64,000 bases of DNA from an uncultured Nitrososphaeraceae archaeon (GCA_963825865.1 CAWGVG010000048.1:24947-88946), one strand, 5' to 3'; positions 22,994 to 34,135 are shown, counted from the first letter of the stretch. Translations and numbers: made by a program. The notes: generated by a model from the sequence alone, not told the origin.

Positions 22994-23293
22994 ATGAAAT
23001 ATAGATCAAGAAGTGAAATAATTGCATCAATTCTTGAAGTCACATGTAGCAGCAGTTATGGAGTCACTAAAACAGAAATTATGTATCATGCGTTTATACC
23101 TTATGCCTTGATGCAAGAATATCTTACATTCATGTTTGAAAAAGGTTTAATAGAAATTAAGGAAACAAAAGAAGCAAAAAAAAGGCAAAAAAGATTTTTT
23201 GTATCTACAGACAAAGGAAGACGCTTATTATACTTATACGAACAAATTAATGAAATGACTTCTATTACTGCTAAGAAGAATAATGCTGTATAA
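22994..23293 (+). CDS. Winged-helix DNA-binding protein (HTH_45/DUF4364-like)
   Basis: MKYRSRSEIIASILE...KTEIMY.AF..Y...YL...GLI...T.KG pattern. Confidence 0.85.
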   Translation: MKYRSRSEIIASILEVTCSSSYGVTKTEIMYHAFIPYALMQEYLTFMFEKGLIEIKETKEAKKRQKRFFVSTDKGRRLLYLYEQINEMTSITAKKNNAV

Positions 23294-23759
23294 TAGAGAG
23301 GTTAACATAAAAGCATCAAGTATTTATTTTGTTACACGTTTCTCTACTTAGAAAATATCTTCGTATATATATCTTTTGTTATATACAACTAACTAGATTT
23401 ACACTTAAACCTAATTCAAGCAACTGTTTGAAGACTTACTAGGAATTTAAATTTTAAAGTTATAAGAATCGTTAATCTCTATCTTAAACATTCATGAAAA
23501 TTGGAACACGTGATCCAAGTAAAGGTGAAGTTGTACAATGGGTTAACAACCACTGGTGAAGAGGGTAAAGCTGCAAAAAGTCAACAACTGATCTTAATGA
23601 CAGCGATAAATCTGTCCGTAATAATAAAAAATATACTCAGCATCAGTGTTCGGAGCATATACAACTACTACTGCGAATAATGTGTGTACTATCACTTACG
23701 GTAAGTTGTTTGACTAATAGGTTCTAATTGCACCTAGTGTAATCAATACTGAACACCTT

Positions 23760-23993
23760 TTGAAATATAACAATAATAAATGTAGTGAATGCGGTCTAAC
23801 AATTCATCCAAACTTTATAGGATATCATAAATGTGGTTATGCGAACTGTCCTATTTGTAAAAATGCCATTGTAAATTCAGGATATTGGTACCATAGAAGG
23901 TCTCATCCTGGACATGAGAACGATTCTCCTCCGCCACCAAGAAAAGCCTTTGAAAATAGAGAATATAGAAATACTCGACGCACGAGTCGTTAA
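23760..23993 (+). CDS. Small zinc-finger protein
   Basis: CSEC...H.C and CPIC...H...H motifs. Confidence 0.55.
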   Translation: MKYNNNKCSECGLTIHPNFIGYHKCGYANCPICKNAIVNSGYWYHRRSHPGHENDSPPPPRKAFENREYRNTRRTSR

Positions 23994-24454
23994 CAATACC
24001 TATTTCGACGTACGTTTCTTACATTTCTGTATTAGTATACAAGATAGAGCTAGCTAAATACGAAGTGGTCAAATAAGTATCACTTACAACATAATGAATC
24101 ATGCAACAAAGCACCTATTTCTATAAATATCATTTTGTAGTAGCATATGAAATGATATCGGATTCACTTATAATTACGTAAAGACTCAGAGAAAGAACAA
24201 CATTGGACACTCCAATTTTCATAGGAGTGTTTCAATGTATCATAATTGCAGTATATAGAGTAGCTTTCCTGATAATCTCAAATGAGTACTACTATTGACC
24301 ACGTTAAAATACTCAAAGAGCTAAGCTATTTTTTTCGTTATATTATACTATATTGGCATATCTTTTTTAGCATTACTAGTTTGATTGTAATTTGTAGCCG
24401 TTTTCTCTCTATTGTAGCCTTATGTTGTTAAATTGTTGATTTGATAATAATTAA

Positions 24455-24742
24455 TCAAGAGTTAACTAGAACTACTGACGTTCCATTAGTCAAGGTATCA
24501 AATGCAGGCAAAAACCTCTTTCCAATTTCACGCAGCTCATTTATTTGTTCTTTTGAAGCAGTATTGCTTTTGATATTCATATTTACTCTAAATTGCTGAG
24601 CACCAGGTCATCATTGGATATGCCAGTAAAACCACGCAAGTGTTGCTTTTGTCATTTCCGGCTGATTTCGCATGGAATCATATACTGTATTTAGTATTTG
24701 TATATTTACTCCATTGAATCCATCGTTTTTCTTACCATTCAT
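24455..24742 (-). pseudogene. OsmC-like protein with an internal deletion
   Basis: NGVNIQIL...MRNQPEMTKAT is joined directly to LRGFTGIS...PGAQQFRVNMNIKS...PAFDTLTNGTSV; the middle is missing. Confidence 0.65.
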
Positions 24743-24930
24743 TTAATGAAAGTATTGGAAGAGGTCTGCAAATAATAATTTTTGTTGTAAGAAAGAGAAA
24801 AAACAGCATGAATGAATAAGGTATTATTTCATTACGTTGCTCAACGCATTAACAAACACCTAATATTTGCTCTATTTTAGTATTGGATCCATTATTCTTA
24901 GAAACTGTTTAGATTGTACTCTCTTTCTCT

Positions 24931-25941
24931 CTAATAGTGACAAACTATTTCCTTTCTGAAAATCTCAATCTGCTCTTCAAAATCGCTTATGGGCCAGAAA
25001 TGTATACGCTTTACTCCAGCTTCACGAAGGGCATTTATCTTTTGAATACACTCTTCAACACATCCAAAGAGAAGTAGATTTTCTAACTGCTCTACAGGTC
25101 TCCCTAATGCGGGAGATAATCTATCTTTTACCATCCTGTGAACTTTGTCCTTATCGTTATCAATATACCCAAACATTGACATAACAGAGTTTTCGAACGA
25201 TTCGCTGTCTCTGCCTAATCTTTTTCTGTATGACATAAGTATATTCCATTTTTCTCTGAACTTGTCTGGCGTAATATTATAAGCGGACGCCATCCAACCA
25301 TCACCATATTTTGCAGCCCTTCTTAGGCCTGCTTCTGATGATCCCCAAGTCCCTATGAAGATATGGGGATGAGGTTTTTGTAATGGTTTGGGTGCAATAG
25401 ATATTTTCTCTAATTGATAATATTTGCCATTATAGTCTACGTATAATGTTGAAGTACCAGACTTCAAATCGTCGTCATCATCTTCTTCTCTCTTACTATT
25501 ATTCCAAAGTATATGCAAAATCTCTAATGCTTCATTAAACCTACTCCATCTTTGTTCAAAAGGAATTCCACAGACATCATAATCTCATTTATGTGAACCA
25601 GGCCCAACTCCTGCTGCAAATAGCCTTCCAGAAGATAAAATATCTATAGCTGATAAAGCCTTGGCACATATGACAGGATTTCTTACAACTATATTTAGTA
25701 TAGACGTACCAAGTTTTATCCTATTGGTTACTGCAGCAACTGCTGACAATGTACTTAGCGAGTCCAACCAACTGGTTCTAAAAACAATATGATCATTTAC
25801 ACTCAATGAATCATATCCAAGAGACTCGGCCTTTCTTGCAATCGAAAGCATTTGTTCTCTTGTATGAGGCTTTTCATTTTCTCCATTCCATCCCTTAAAC
25901 CCCATAACGGGTAAATGAACTCCAAATACAAGCTGTTTCAT
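24931..25941 (-). pseudogene. LLM-class flavin/F420-dependent oxidoreductase with one in-frame TGA
   Basis: AESLGYDSL.V.DH, T.RIKLGTS, S.GRL, PKPLQKPHP and RAAKYGDGW motifs. The two ORFs are in the same frame across the stop at 25585-25587. Confidence 0.88.
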
Positions 25942-26015
25942 TGTATCAGGGACAAATAAACCAATGTATCATAAAAAGTAGTATATCATATAGGCAATGT
26001 TGTTTAGGTTGCATA

Positions 26016-27129
26016 GGGGTTGTTGCCTAATTCGTTTTAATTGACTGTAAATATGATTTCACGGTTTTCGATTTAGCTTAGAAAGGGTATGCACCCTCTT
26101 ATTGACTTGCAAGCACAAGAGGAAAGATGGTTACTGGTTGTGTTACCATCTAGCACATACCCTAGAACGAGATATGCTTATCGAAAATATAGTTTCTCTG
26201 GTCAAAGAAAATCCTCCTCCTACTTCAAAGAAGAACAGTAATAGAGGAAGGAAACCAATTCATTCTTGGGAAAAACTTGTCTGTATTTGTATATTGATGG
26301 TTGTTTTCGGTTCAACGTACAGAGATATACAGAATATAGTACCCTCTCTTAATTTGCCATGGAATAACGAGCCATATCCAGATCATACGTGGATATCACG
26401 TACATTCAAGAAGATACCGCTGATATATCTTGAACGTGTACTAATATGGTCAGCTTATCTATGTTTGAAAGAATCAGGCTGGAAGAAGGGTATTCTCGCA
26501 TCAGATAGCACCGGTGTAGAGACAAACAGGTACGGATACGAAGTAACGATTTATCAAAAATAGTAGTAAGAAATTCGAAAAGATAAGGGTAAAACAGTAT
26601 CTGAAATGGCATATCACAGGGATACTTGATCATCTCATAATACTTAATACACGACTTACCAGTAAGAAAACACACGATTCTCCAGTACTCCGAACAATGC
26701 TAAACAGATTGAAGAAATATAGATTAGACTTTGCAGGTTCAACATTCAATGGTGACAGAGCTTATGATGGCAACAAGAACTTCCAGTCAGTGTTTAACAT
26801 GAACATGCTTCCAAATATCAAGCAGAGAAAAAACTCCAAGAACAAGAATAGCAGTAGTAAGAAGAACAAATACAGAAAGAAGGCTGAAAGATATTCAATG
26901 CATCAATATATCGTTATAGAGGATTGATAGAAGGAATATTTGGAGCTGAAGAAACTAAACATCATCATCATCAGCTATACTGCACATTCAGATTAAAGAA
27001 CAATCAGAAAAGATTTGGATTAATTAAATCAATAGGCTGGAACCTAGAAGTCCTTAACAGACTACAATGTGCAAACAAACTGGGAATAAAGGTGACACCA
27101 TATGCGATATCAAATTAGGCAACAACCCC
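26016..27129 (+). mobile_element. IS5-family DDE insertion sequence with a fragmented transposase (26102-27118)
   Basis: 17-bp TIRs GGGGTTGTTGCCTAATT / AATTAGGCAACAACCCC flanked by TA. Motifs PDHTWISR, DSTG, DRAYD and IEGIFG. Confidence 0.9.
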
Positions 27130-27394
27130 TATATCAGTGAAACCAATGTCTTCTTGTAGTCCTACTATTAAGAAATTGATAATATCCTATATATAATTCT
27201 GAAAATGGACTAGGAGCGAAATGAATTTTTAATAATCATTAAAATATAGAATTGATTAACTAAATATATTGTTGCTATCGGCTGTATTTACTGTTTTCTT
27301 TCAAACTTGCGCCTTAAAGCTATTGCAATAAGACCAAAGGTCAGAGAACCACCAGCTATCTTGATGACGTGGTCTAATAATCCTATCTCCACCT

Positions 27395-27454
27395 TGCTTC
27401 CATTAGGCTTGCATGAGATTTTTTATCTTTTACATGCTTCCATTAGGCTTGCAT
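27395..27454. repeat. Perfect 20-bp direct repeat pair upstream of the terminase gene
   Basis: TGCTTCCATTAGGCTTGCAT at 27395-27414 and 27435-27454, separated by a 20-bp AT-rich spacer. Confidence 0.9.
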
Positions 27455-27552
27455 AAAATAAAAGTTGATCAATTTTTACCTTGCTAGTTGTTTAATAAAG
27501 ACTTAACACCAAAAGACAAGCTTTTAGCTTTGAAAAATAGAAATAGTGTAAG

Positions 27553-29052
27553 TTGACATGGAAGGATCTTAAGCGATTCGTTATCGATAACAACTACAAT
27601 AATGAACAGAAAGAACAAGAAGTAAAATTACAATCGGCAGAACGTTTTGCAATATTCAAGAATTTACCATTCTGGATATCCGATGTTGAAGAGCATAAGA
27701 AAGCCGATATTGCAAATAACGGAAAATGTTGTTTTAATTATATCATCGGTTTGCCTAAGAAGGATGGAATAGACAAACCTATTTTCGACTACGAAATGCA
27801 GTTAGTAAATGCATTAGCTAAGCCCACTCTTAACAAATCTATATTTGTCAAGAAAGCAAGAGGGTTAGGAATCACTGAAATACTTTTAAGATATATGTCA
27901 TGGCTAGCAGTGTTTGACAGCACATATCATAATTGCAGATTTCATATTGTGACTGGCCCGAGGATTAATCTGGCAGAGGAACTAACAGATAGAATCAGGT
28001 TATTATTTCAAAATTGCAAAGCTGGAGCTATTGAAGTAAAACAGGTAGGCCCTATAGTTTATGTAAATAATGTAACAATACAGGCCTTCCCATCTCACAC
28101 AGTTTCAACTATGAGAGGCTATACTGATGTCAAGTTTATTTTCATAGATGAAGGAGCCTTCTTTGCTCCAGGGCAGCAGGAAGAAGTCAGGGCTGTATGT
28201 GAGGGTTATCGTGCAAAGACAAACCCGCATATTGTTCTTGTATCAACACCATACAAGCCAGGTGATCTATTCGAACATATAGACAGAGATCCAAATTCTA
28301 TATTCAAAAAATTATCATATCATTATTCCGTTGGACTTGGCAAGATATACAATGAACAAGAGATAGAGAAAGAAAAAAGTCAACCGTATTTTAGAAGAGA
28401 ATTTGAGTTAGCATATTCTGTTGGCACAGGCAATGTGTTTACTGAGCAATCAATTCAAGCTGCTGAAGAGTTAGGAAGAAAATACAAAGGTAGGACCAGT
28501 TTTGAAGGCACGCAAAAAAGTCTAGGAATAGATCCAGGATTCGGATCTAGCAAGACTGCATTCACAGTAATAGAATGCGTTGATAATCTGGCACATGTTA
28601 TCTATTCAAAGCAGTTTGAGAATTCAAGCACAGAGCATATGGTAAGCCTGGCATACAATCTAATAAGACAGTATAATCTGAACAATGGAATTAACAAGGT
28701 ATTCGTAGATGGCAGCCAGCCTGGATTTATTCGGAGCTTAAAAATAGCAATAGGCGAATACGCACAATACGAGCATTTTGTAGAAAGAGGAAAGCAGGAT
28801 AACAACAGGCCATTGCATCTATATATGAATGTAGTTCCTGTCAACTTCTCTACGAAACATAGAGCTATGTTAGGTAATGTGCGCAAATGGATTGACAAAG
28901 GTCATGTTGCCATAGATCCTGATTTATTTCCTGAATTGCTAACAGAATTACGAATTGCAACAAGTGATGAAGAGATGTCACTTGATAAAACTGAGTATTC
29001 GATGGACTTGCTTGATAGCCTTAGGCTTTCGATGGAATACATCGTTTATTGA
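27553..29052 (+). CDS. Terminase large subunit-like ATPase/nuclease
   Basis: Walker A-like KKARGLGITE, Walker B FIFIDEG, motif III VSTP, RREF, RNase H-type nuclease GIDPG...TAF, VFVD and DLLDSL; intact 499 aa. Confidence 0.85.
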   Translation: MTWKDLKRFVIDNNYNNEQKEQEVKLQSAERFAIFKNLPFWISDVEEHKKADIANNGKCCFNYIIGLPKKDGIDKPIFDYEMQLVNALAKPTLNKSIFVKKARGLGITEILLRYMSWLAVFDSTYHNCRFHIVTGPRINLAEELTDRIRLLFQNCKAGAIEVKQVGPIVYVNNVTIQAFPSHTVSTMRGYTDVKFIFIDEGAFFAPGQQEEVRAVCEGYRAKTNPHIVLVSTPYKPGDLFEHIDRDPNSIFKKLSYHYSVGLGKIYNEQEIEKEKSQPYFRREFELAYSVGTGNVFTEQSIQAAEELGRKYKGRTSFEGTQKSLGIDPGFGSSKTAFTVIECVDNLAHVIYSKQFENSSTEHMVSLAYNLIRQYNLNNGINKVFVDGSQPGFIRSLKIAIGEYAQYEHFVERGKQDNNRPLHLYMNVVPVNFSTKHRAMLGNVRKWIDKGHVAIDPDLFPELLTELRIATSDEEMSLDKTEYSMDLLDSLRLSMEYIVY

Positions 29053-29088
29053 TATTGATATTTAGAAGATTAGCATTATTAGATTGGA

Positions 29089-29247
29089 TTGAATTGGAAG
29101 AAACCTCCAAACAAACAAGATCAAGGACTTTCTAGAATTATATCTGTTAAATATCGAAAACCTATCCGCAAATTGAGGAAGAAGAGAAGATACAACGCAC
29201 TAATAGTAAACATAGCCTCAATCTTGGGACGTAGAATAAGTGAGTGA
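29089..29247 (+). CDS. Small highly basic hypothetical protein (52 aa)
   Basis: TTG start 37 bp after the terminase stop: MNWKKPPNKQDQGLSRIISVKYRKPIRKLRKKRRYNALIV... Confidence 0.35.
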   Translation: MNWKKPPNKQDQGLSRIISVKYRKPIRKLRKKRRYNALIVNIASILGRRISE

Positions 29248-29377
29248 CTAAGTAAACAAATTGTCGAAGAAATTCATGTACCCTATTAACATACAAACTC
29301 CTCGTAGCAACTCAATCTAAAAACATAAACACAGCGGTGCCGTTATCATATCCTTAGAGAGAGAAAGATAGACCGAG

Positions 29378-29650
29378 ATGTCCAAATTAACTCAAATACA
29401 AAAAGAACAGTTAAAACGCATAATCTTAGATTCTACACTTCAACGTCTAACAACTGCTAAGACTCAGGCGCATGTAAAGGATAAACTCGGAGTTGAAATC
29501 ACTATAGATTACCTAAATCATGTAAAGATGGAGCTAAGGCAAGACTCACAAAAGGAGTTAGACCATTTGAGAAAAAACCGTTTCTCATACATGAACCATT
29601 TGTTTTTTGAGCGCGTATACGAAGTAAAGAAAATGCAGAGAAAGCTCAGT
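29378..29650 (+). pseudogene. Helical/HTH-like protein, truncated; possible terminase small subunit
   Basis: KLTQIQKEQLKRIILDS...T...QAHVKDKLGVEITIDYLNHVK followed by a coiled region. The reading becomes non-protein-like after about 29645, shortly before the antisense HsdR remnant. Confidence 0.45.
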
Positions 29651-29724
29651 TTTGACACGTCTGCTTTTAATGATATAATATGGAATAATTATTGTCCCAT
29701 ATTGTATTTTCCCTTTCTTTTGAA

Positions 29725-30035
29725 TCATGGAAGGTTTCGCTTGGCCAAGTCTATAATTTCCGGAGTTATCTTGTCAACTTTATCTTCAAGATACTTATTT
29801 TCTGTCAGGATATCATAAATAGCAATACTTAATTTCTTTTCAGAGCTTGTCTTTGTCTTCCAGCCTACTATTTTTGCTTCTTCTTTTACCTTGATAAATA
29901 TTGACTCTGTAGTGCTTTTTGAAGTGTTTTTGTCATCTCTTATTGATTGCAATTCCTCATAGACTGCAAATTCAAATGGCGTAGAGAACCCAAGCTTTTT
30001 TCGTTGTTTCTCTGTATCTAATGCTTCAGTGTTAC
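29725..30035 (-). pseudogene. Type I restriction subunit HsdR C-terminal (DUF3387-like) remnant
   Basis: RKKLGFSTPFEFAVYEEL...VGWKTK...IYDIL...IIDLAK pattern. Confidence 0.55.
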
Positions 30036-30076
30036 CAAAATAAATATCAGATCATAACTTTGGATTATGTTTTTGA

Positions 30077-30553
30077 TTGCATGTACAAGAAGGCATCTTG
30101 AAAAGATACGATGAGGCCATTAAATGTTATGATAAAATAGTAGACGTATATAGGAAAACGCCTTATACTTCAAGGATATTGTGTAATGAAGCCATTGAAT
30201 CTTATGATACGGCTATCCAGAAAAATCTAAATAATAATAATATAGAGCTATTGTATAACAAAGGCTTATTCCTTCTCCATACCTATGCATCCAGAGATGA
30301 ATGTATTAATCATGCAATTGAGCCGATGAAGTGCTACGATAAGATAATAGAGATAAATCCAAATCATGCAAAGGCATGGATTAAGAAAGGTTTGATTCAT
30401 GAAGGATGGGGATGCTGGGATGAAGCCATCAAGTGCTACGACAAGGCCATTGAAATCAATTCAAATTATAAAAATAACTCAGCAGATGTATGGCTTCTCC
30501 TTTGTTATACTCTTGCGTATAAATCAGATAGGAGATGTGGTATGGATGGATGA
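30077..30553 (+). pseudogene. TPR-repeat protein fragment
   Basis: Repeated EAIKCYDK.IEINP...AW..KG units, degenerate. Confidence 0.8.
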
Positions 30554-30958
30554 ACCAATGGTCTCTTGATTAGTCTAACTTCTATGAGACAAGACATGCT
30601 GATCTAACCAATTTAGGAAGAAAGGGTCCTACAGCGGTGTGATAAGAAGGTTGAATGAGTTTTACAATAAACACCATGATAGCTGCAACAAACCATACCG
30701 GGGAATACAACGTCAATAACAACAGTCCCAGGTAATCAGAATGGTTTTAGATTGAATGAATGATACTAGTCATGCACACCACAATGTTGTACTACTAGCA
30801 TCACCAACAAAAACAGATCCTCCCTAGGTTTTTCATTGGAGGATGCGATACTACATTGAAATATAAAAATGATTGTTATTGCAGGCAGCAATGGCAACTA
30901 AGATATTTTTTAGCGCTTACTAATAATTGTTTTTGAGGAAGAGGAGGAAGAAAAATGG

Positions 30959-31255
30959 CTAGTAATATGAGTAGGCAGCAGTAGTGGTAGTAAGCAACAA
31001 TTCATCAAGCTGATTATGTAAATGTAAAAACATCAATCCCTTGTCAGTTATCCTGTAAGTTCTTCTTCGATTTTCTTCTTGATACGTTGTTCTTATCAGG
31101 CCAGCATCAATTAAGATTGAAACATATTGCTTCATCTGTGCATATGATAAAAATGACCTGTACATTATTTGTGATGCATTTAAACTTCTTCCATTGATAA
31201 CTTCTAGAACAGATGTAACTAATTCAGTTCTGTCTCTATATGCATATACCAACAT
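30959..31255 (-). CDS. Winged-helix DNA-binding protein (HTH_45-like)
   Basis: YRDRTEL...VL...QIMY..FLSY.Q..QY...L...GLI...YRITDKG; paralogue of 22994. Confidence 0.85.
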   Translation of the reverse strand: MLVYAYRDRTELVTSVLEVINGRSLNASQIMYRSFLSYAQMKQYVSILIDAGLIRTTYQEENRRRTYRITDKGLMFLHLHNQLDELLLTTTTAAYSYY

Positions 31256-31720
31256 CTAAACATCCACTTACAGATTGAGATTATGTAGTCCTTAACTGTT
31301 AGTTAACTTGGTTAACGAAGTAGGGTCTCACATCTAAAACTTGAACTGTATTTTTAGGCATGTGTTCATGTAAAATTTTTTTGGATTTCCAATAAAAGCT
31401 CTGTTCTATCACCCTGCCTTCTCTTAGCCAATATCTCAAGACTATTTTTTATAACATCCCCAATTCGATTCTTTATAAAACTACAAGCGAATCCTCAATA
31501 TGCGTTCTGCCTTATGAGATTTTAAAGCCAGTAATGTATGATAGAAGGAGTGGAGATAGCATTCACAAGGATTTTCATATAACACGTCATCCGTATCATT
31601 TGACTAGAAATAAATTGTCATTGTCAGAATACGTTGACAATCTTGCTTTGCTTTTCGAAGAAAAAAGCTTTATGACTCTTTAGATAAAGAAGTACAAAGA
31701 ACTACAGACCCAGGTACTTT

Positions 31721-32248
31721 TTGATTCAAGTTAATAAGATAGGAAGTGAAAATCTGCTAAAAAATGGAGTCTATAAACATGAAAATTGGATGGATACTCC
31801 CCGTGATAGTGCACATGGAAACGTTAGAATCGGAGACATACTCGTAATCTATTTTGGAACTAATTCAATAGGATTTCAAAAACAGGTTAAAAAGATTTAC
31901 AGAGTTAATTCAGTGTCAAACAACAACACAACGTTTAATATTTCAGAAATTAAAGAACTAAATGGAATAAGCCTAGAACGAATTAAAGCCTCAATACAGC
32001 ACGTAGAGGTACAAAAAGAAGTTTTCAATAGGATAGGCCAGCAAGGATTCAATATTGTTAAAATGGAAAAGGCTGACTATGACCAATTACTATCGCTAGA
32101 TAATACGCTATCATCCGCAATGGCTCCGTTGACTTTTAGAGATCTACAAATATTCCTCTTGAAAGAAATGCAGATGCAAGCAAATTATCAACCAGTTATG
32201 ATAAAGACACTTCTCCTTGCAGGAGGAGCCCCACTATTGCATAGATAG
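31721..32248 (+). pseudogene. EVE/PUA-like domain plus truncated ...MQANYQPVMIKTLL domain (possible modification-dependent nuclease remnant)
   Basis: N-terminal V..GD.LVIY pattern. The NYQPVMIKTLL motif usually begins a domain that precedes HNH nucleases; here the ORF ends just after it. Confidence 0.45.
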
Positions 32249-32351
32249 ACAAATATGTTTTTGATAATGTAAAGGAATTAGTAATTGAAAAACTGGATAT
32301 AGTTTTGCTGTTTGGATTATTACTTTATGTCTATTCCTCTTCCTATCATAT

Positions 32352-32669
32352 TCAAATCATCATCAAATCATCAACAGATGAAACTACTACTATCCCTGCG
32401 CTAGTCGTTCCTGTCTTTGCTGCTTCTTTGATAACAGAAACTGCTTCTTTGACCTTATTCTCATCAGCAATTGATACTACTTGACTCCTAGTAGAATATG
32501 CCATCTTTTGGGTTCCTGATCCTTTACCATAGCTTACTGTATATTTTTCCCCCTTTCCCATTCCTTTAGATTCATAGAATGTAGCCTGTAAGCCTAAGTC
32601 TTCTAAAGCAGATAACACATAAGGAGTCCTCTCAGAGGCAATAAATGCTTCAATTCTCTTCATTACCAT
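32352..32669 (-). CDS. P-II family nitrogen regulator (divergent, no C-loop)
   Basis: MKRIEAFI...SKGMGK...YSTR...AAKTG...GIVVVSSVDD; paralogue of 1042. Confidence 0.88.
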   Translation of the reverse strand: MVMKRIEAFIASERTPYVLSALEDLGLQATFYESKGMGKGEKYTVSYGKGSGTQKMAYSTRSQVVSIADENKVKEAVSVIKEAAKTGTTSAGIVVVSSVDDLMMI

Positions 32670-32958
32670 AACTATAATGATGATACATTCGGATAATAAA
32701 CTTGTATTGACTATGTATTTAGATCAAACTATTGTTTCTACTAAATGGGTTTCAAGCCATATGCCTTTATCAGGATACTTTTTTTATGACCTTGTTTGCA
32801 ATTCTCTACTTATGTTCAGACGTGTGTTCTTCTATTGTTGTGCATGTTCCTCCCAATCCATAGATATATTATTAAAGTCTGGATATACTGTAGGGCTAGT
32901 ATCATTTCAGACGAAGAACAGAATTTAGAAAACAAAAGATACTATGCTAACGTAGTGG

Positions 32959-34011
32959 TTATTCCTCTTTATCAGTTAAAGGTAATGACGATGATGATTT
33001 GCTAAACGTGCAATCAGTAATTATAACTTTGTTTGTACAATCTTTTACTAGGTTGTTATAAAGTTTTTCAGCTTCTTCTACTATTATAGATACATTATCT
33101 TCAGTATTATAATCCGGTGATGAGCTTTGTTGTTGTTGCTGTCCGTACATACAAGAAACAGTATAATCCTGGCCGTTGCTGTTATAGTCTATCATCGAAG
33201 ATATGTTATTAAAAATTGACCTAAATTTCTCTGGGTCGTTTCTTATTGATTCAGTAATAGACAAAAGCGCATATCTTAGCAACACTTTTACGTTTGGAAT
33301 AACATTAAGCACTTTTTCTCCAACAAAATTTATGATTTTGATAAATTCCTCATTATTGTTTTGAAAGGCATTTACAAGTTTCTGTAATGCTGTGTATTCT
33401 TTGTTTTGATTCTTAATCTCCAATCCTCGTTTTTTACAATCCGACTCGTATTGTTCCAATGTATTCTGTGTAGTTGAGATCAGATGGCTTAACTCCTCAA
33501 GAATTCTGGCTGAATTCTGATTACCGGCTTGTAAGGATGCTTCTTCTCTTTTGAGCTTTTCACATCTATATTCCACGGATGGTAAATCATTATTAGCAAT
33601 TGTAAGAAGTTTGACCACATCTTGTGTACTCATACGTGCCACCTTAGACAAAATGTACAAATTCACAAAATGGTGAATGTCATCTTTAATTTTATCATAA
33701 ATCCTACAAAGGCTGTCAAGTTGAGTTAGCTTACAATACTCTATAAAGAATTTGGTTACTTCAGGCTCCCTCAGGTTCAATGCAATAGCTACTTGTGCCA
33801 GAGTTCTACGTTCGGAAAATAGTTTGTAAGCTTGGGATGATACAGACATAGAATCCTTTAATTCCATCGCTTTAACTGTCTTCTCTAGGATGGCTTTAAT
33901 ATCACGAGGGCAAATTCTTGCCTCCTTAGCTATTTGGTGATAACTCTTGTTCTGATTATAATATAGATCTAAAACAAGCTTTTCTTTTTCCTGTCTAGTT
34001 AGTGTCATCAT
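32959..34011 (-). CDS. HTH/coiled-coil hypothetical protein (multicopy family)
   Basis: Two HTH-like segments (KSYHQIAKEARICPRDI; RTLAQVAIALNL), a long coiled coil and a low-complexity tail. Three further remnants occur in the window. Confidence 0.75.
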   Translation of the reverse strand: MMTLTRQEKEKLVLDLYYNQNKSYHQIAKEARICPRDIKAILEKTVKAMELKDSMSVSSQAYKLFSERRTLAQVAIALNLREPEVTKFFIEYCKLTQLDSLCRIYDKIKDDIHHFVNLYILSKVARMSTQDVVKLLTIANNDLPSVEYRCEKLKREEASLQAGNQNSARILEELSHLISTTQNTLEQYESDCKKRGLEIKNQNKEYTALQKLVNAFQNNNEEFIKIINFVGEKVLNVIPNVKVLLRYALLSITESIRNDPEKFRSIFNNISSMIDYNSNGQDYTVSCMYGQQQQQSSSPDYNTEDNVSIIVEEAEKLYNNLVKDCTNKVIITDCTFSKSSSSLPLTDKEE

Positions 34012-34058
34012 AATGCTCTTTATTTTATATGAATACAGAATAAAAAGAAACTAAAGCT

Positions 34059-34135
34059 TGCTATCATCTGTTATCAATCTGTTATCATTGCTATCGTTTT
34101 GTTATCTCTGATATCATCTGTTAGCATCTGTTATC
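34059..34135. repeat. Helically phased TGNTATC repeat array (8 copies)
   Basis: Units start at 34059, 34069, 34080, 34089, 34100, 34109, 34119 (TGTTAGC variant) and 34129; spacing 9-11 bp; about 50 bp upstream of the HTH gene. Confidence 0.85.

Noticed and set aside
25585-25587. In-frame TGA in the LLM gene as selenocysteine or read-through
   Set aside because: The position is not a catalytic Cys, a single GGA>TGA change explains it, and there is no evidence for Sec machinery.
27395-27454. 20-bp direct repeat pair as a CRISPR array
   Set aside because: Only two copies, 20-bp unit and 20-bp low-complexity spacer; too short for CRISPR. Kept as a plain repeat.
27553-30553. Complete provirus
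   Set aside because: No recognisable portal, capsid, tail or replication genes and no attL/attR pair.
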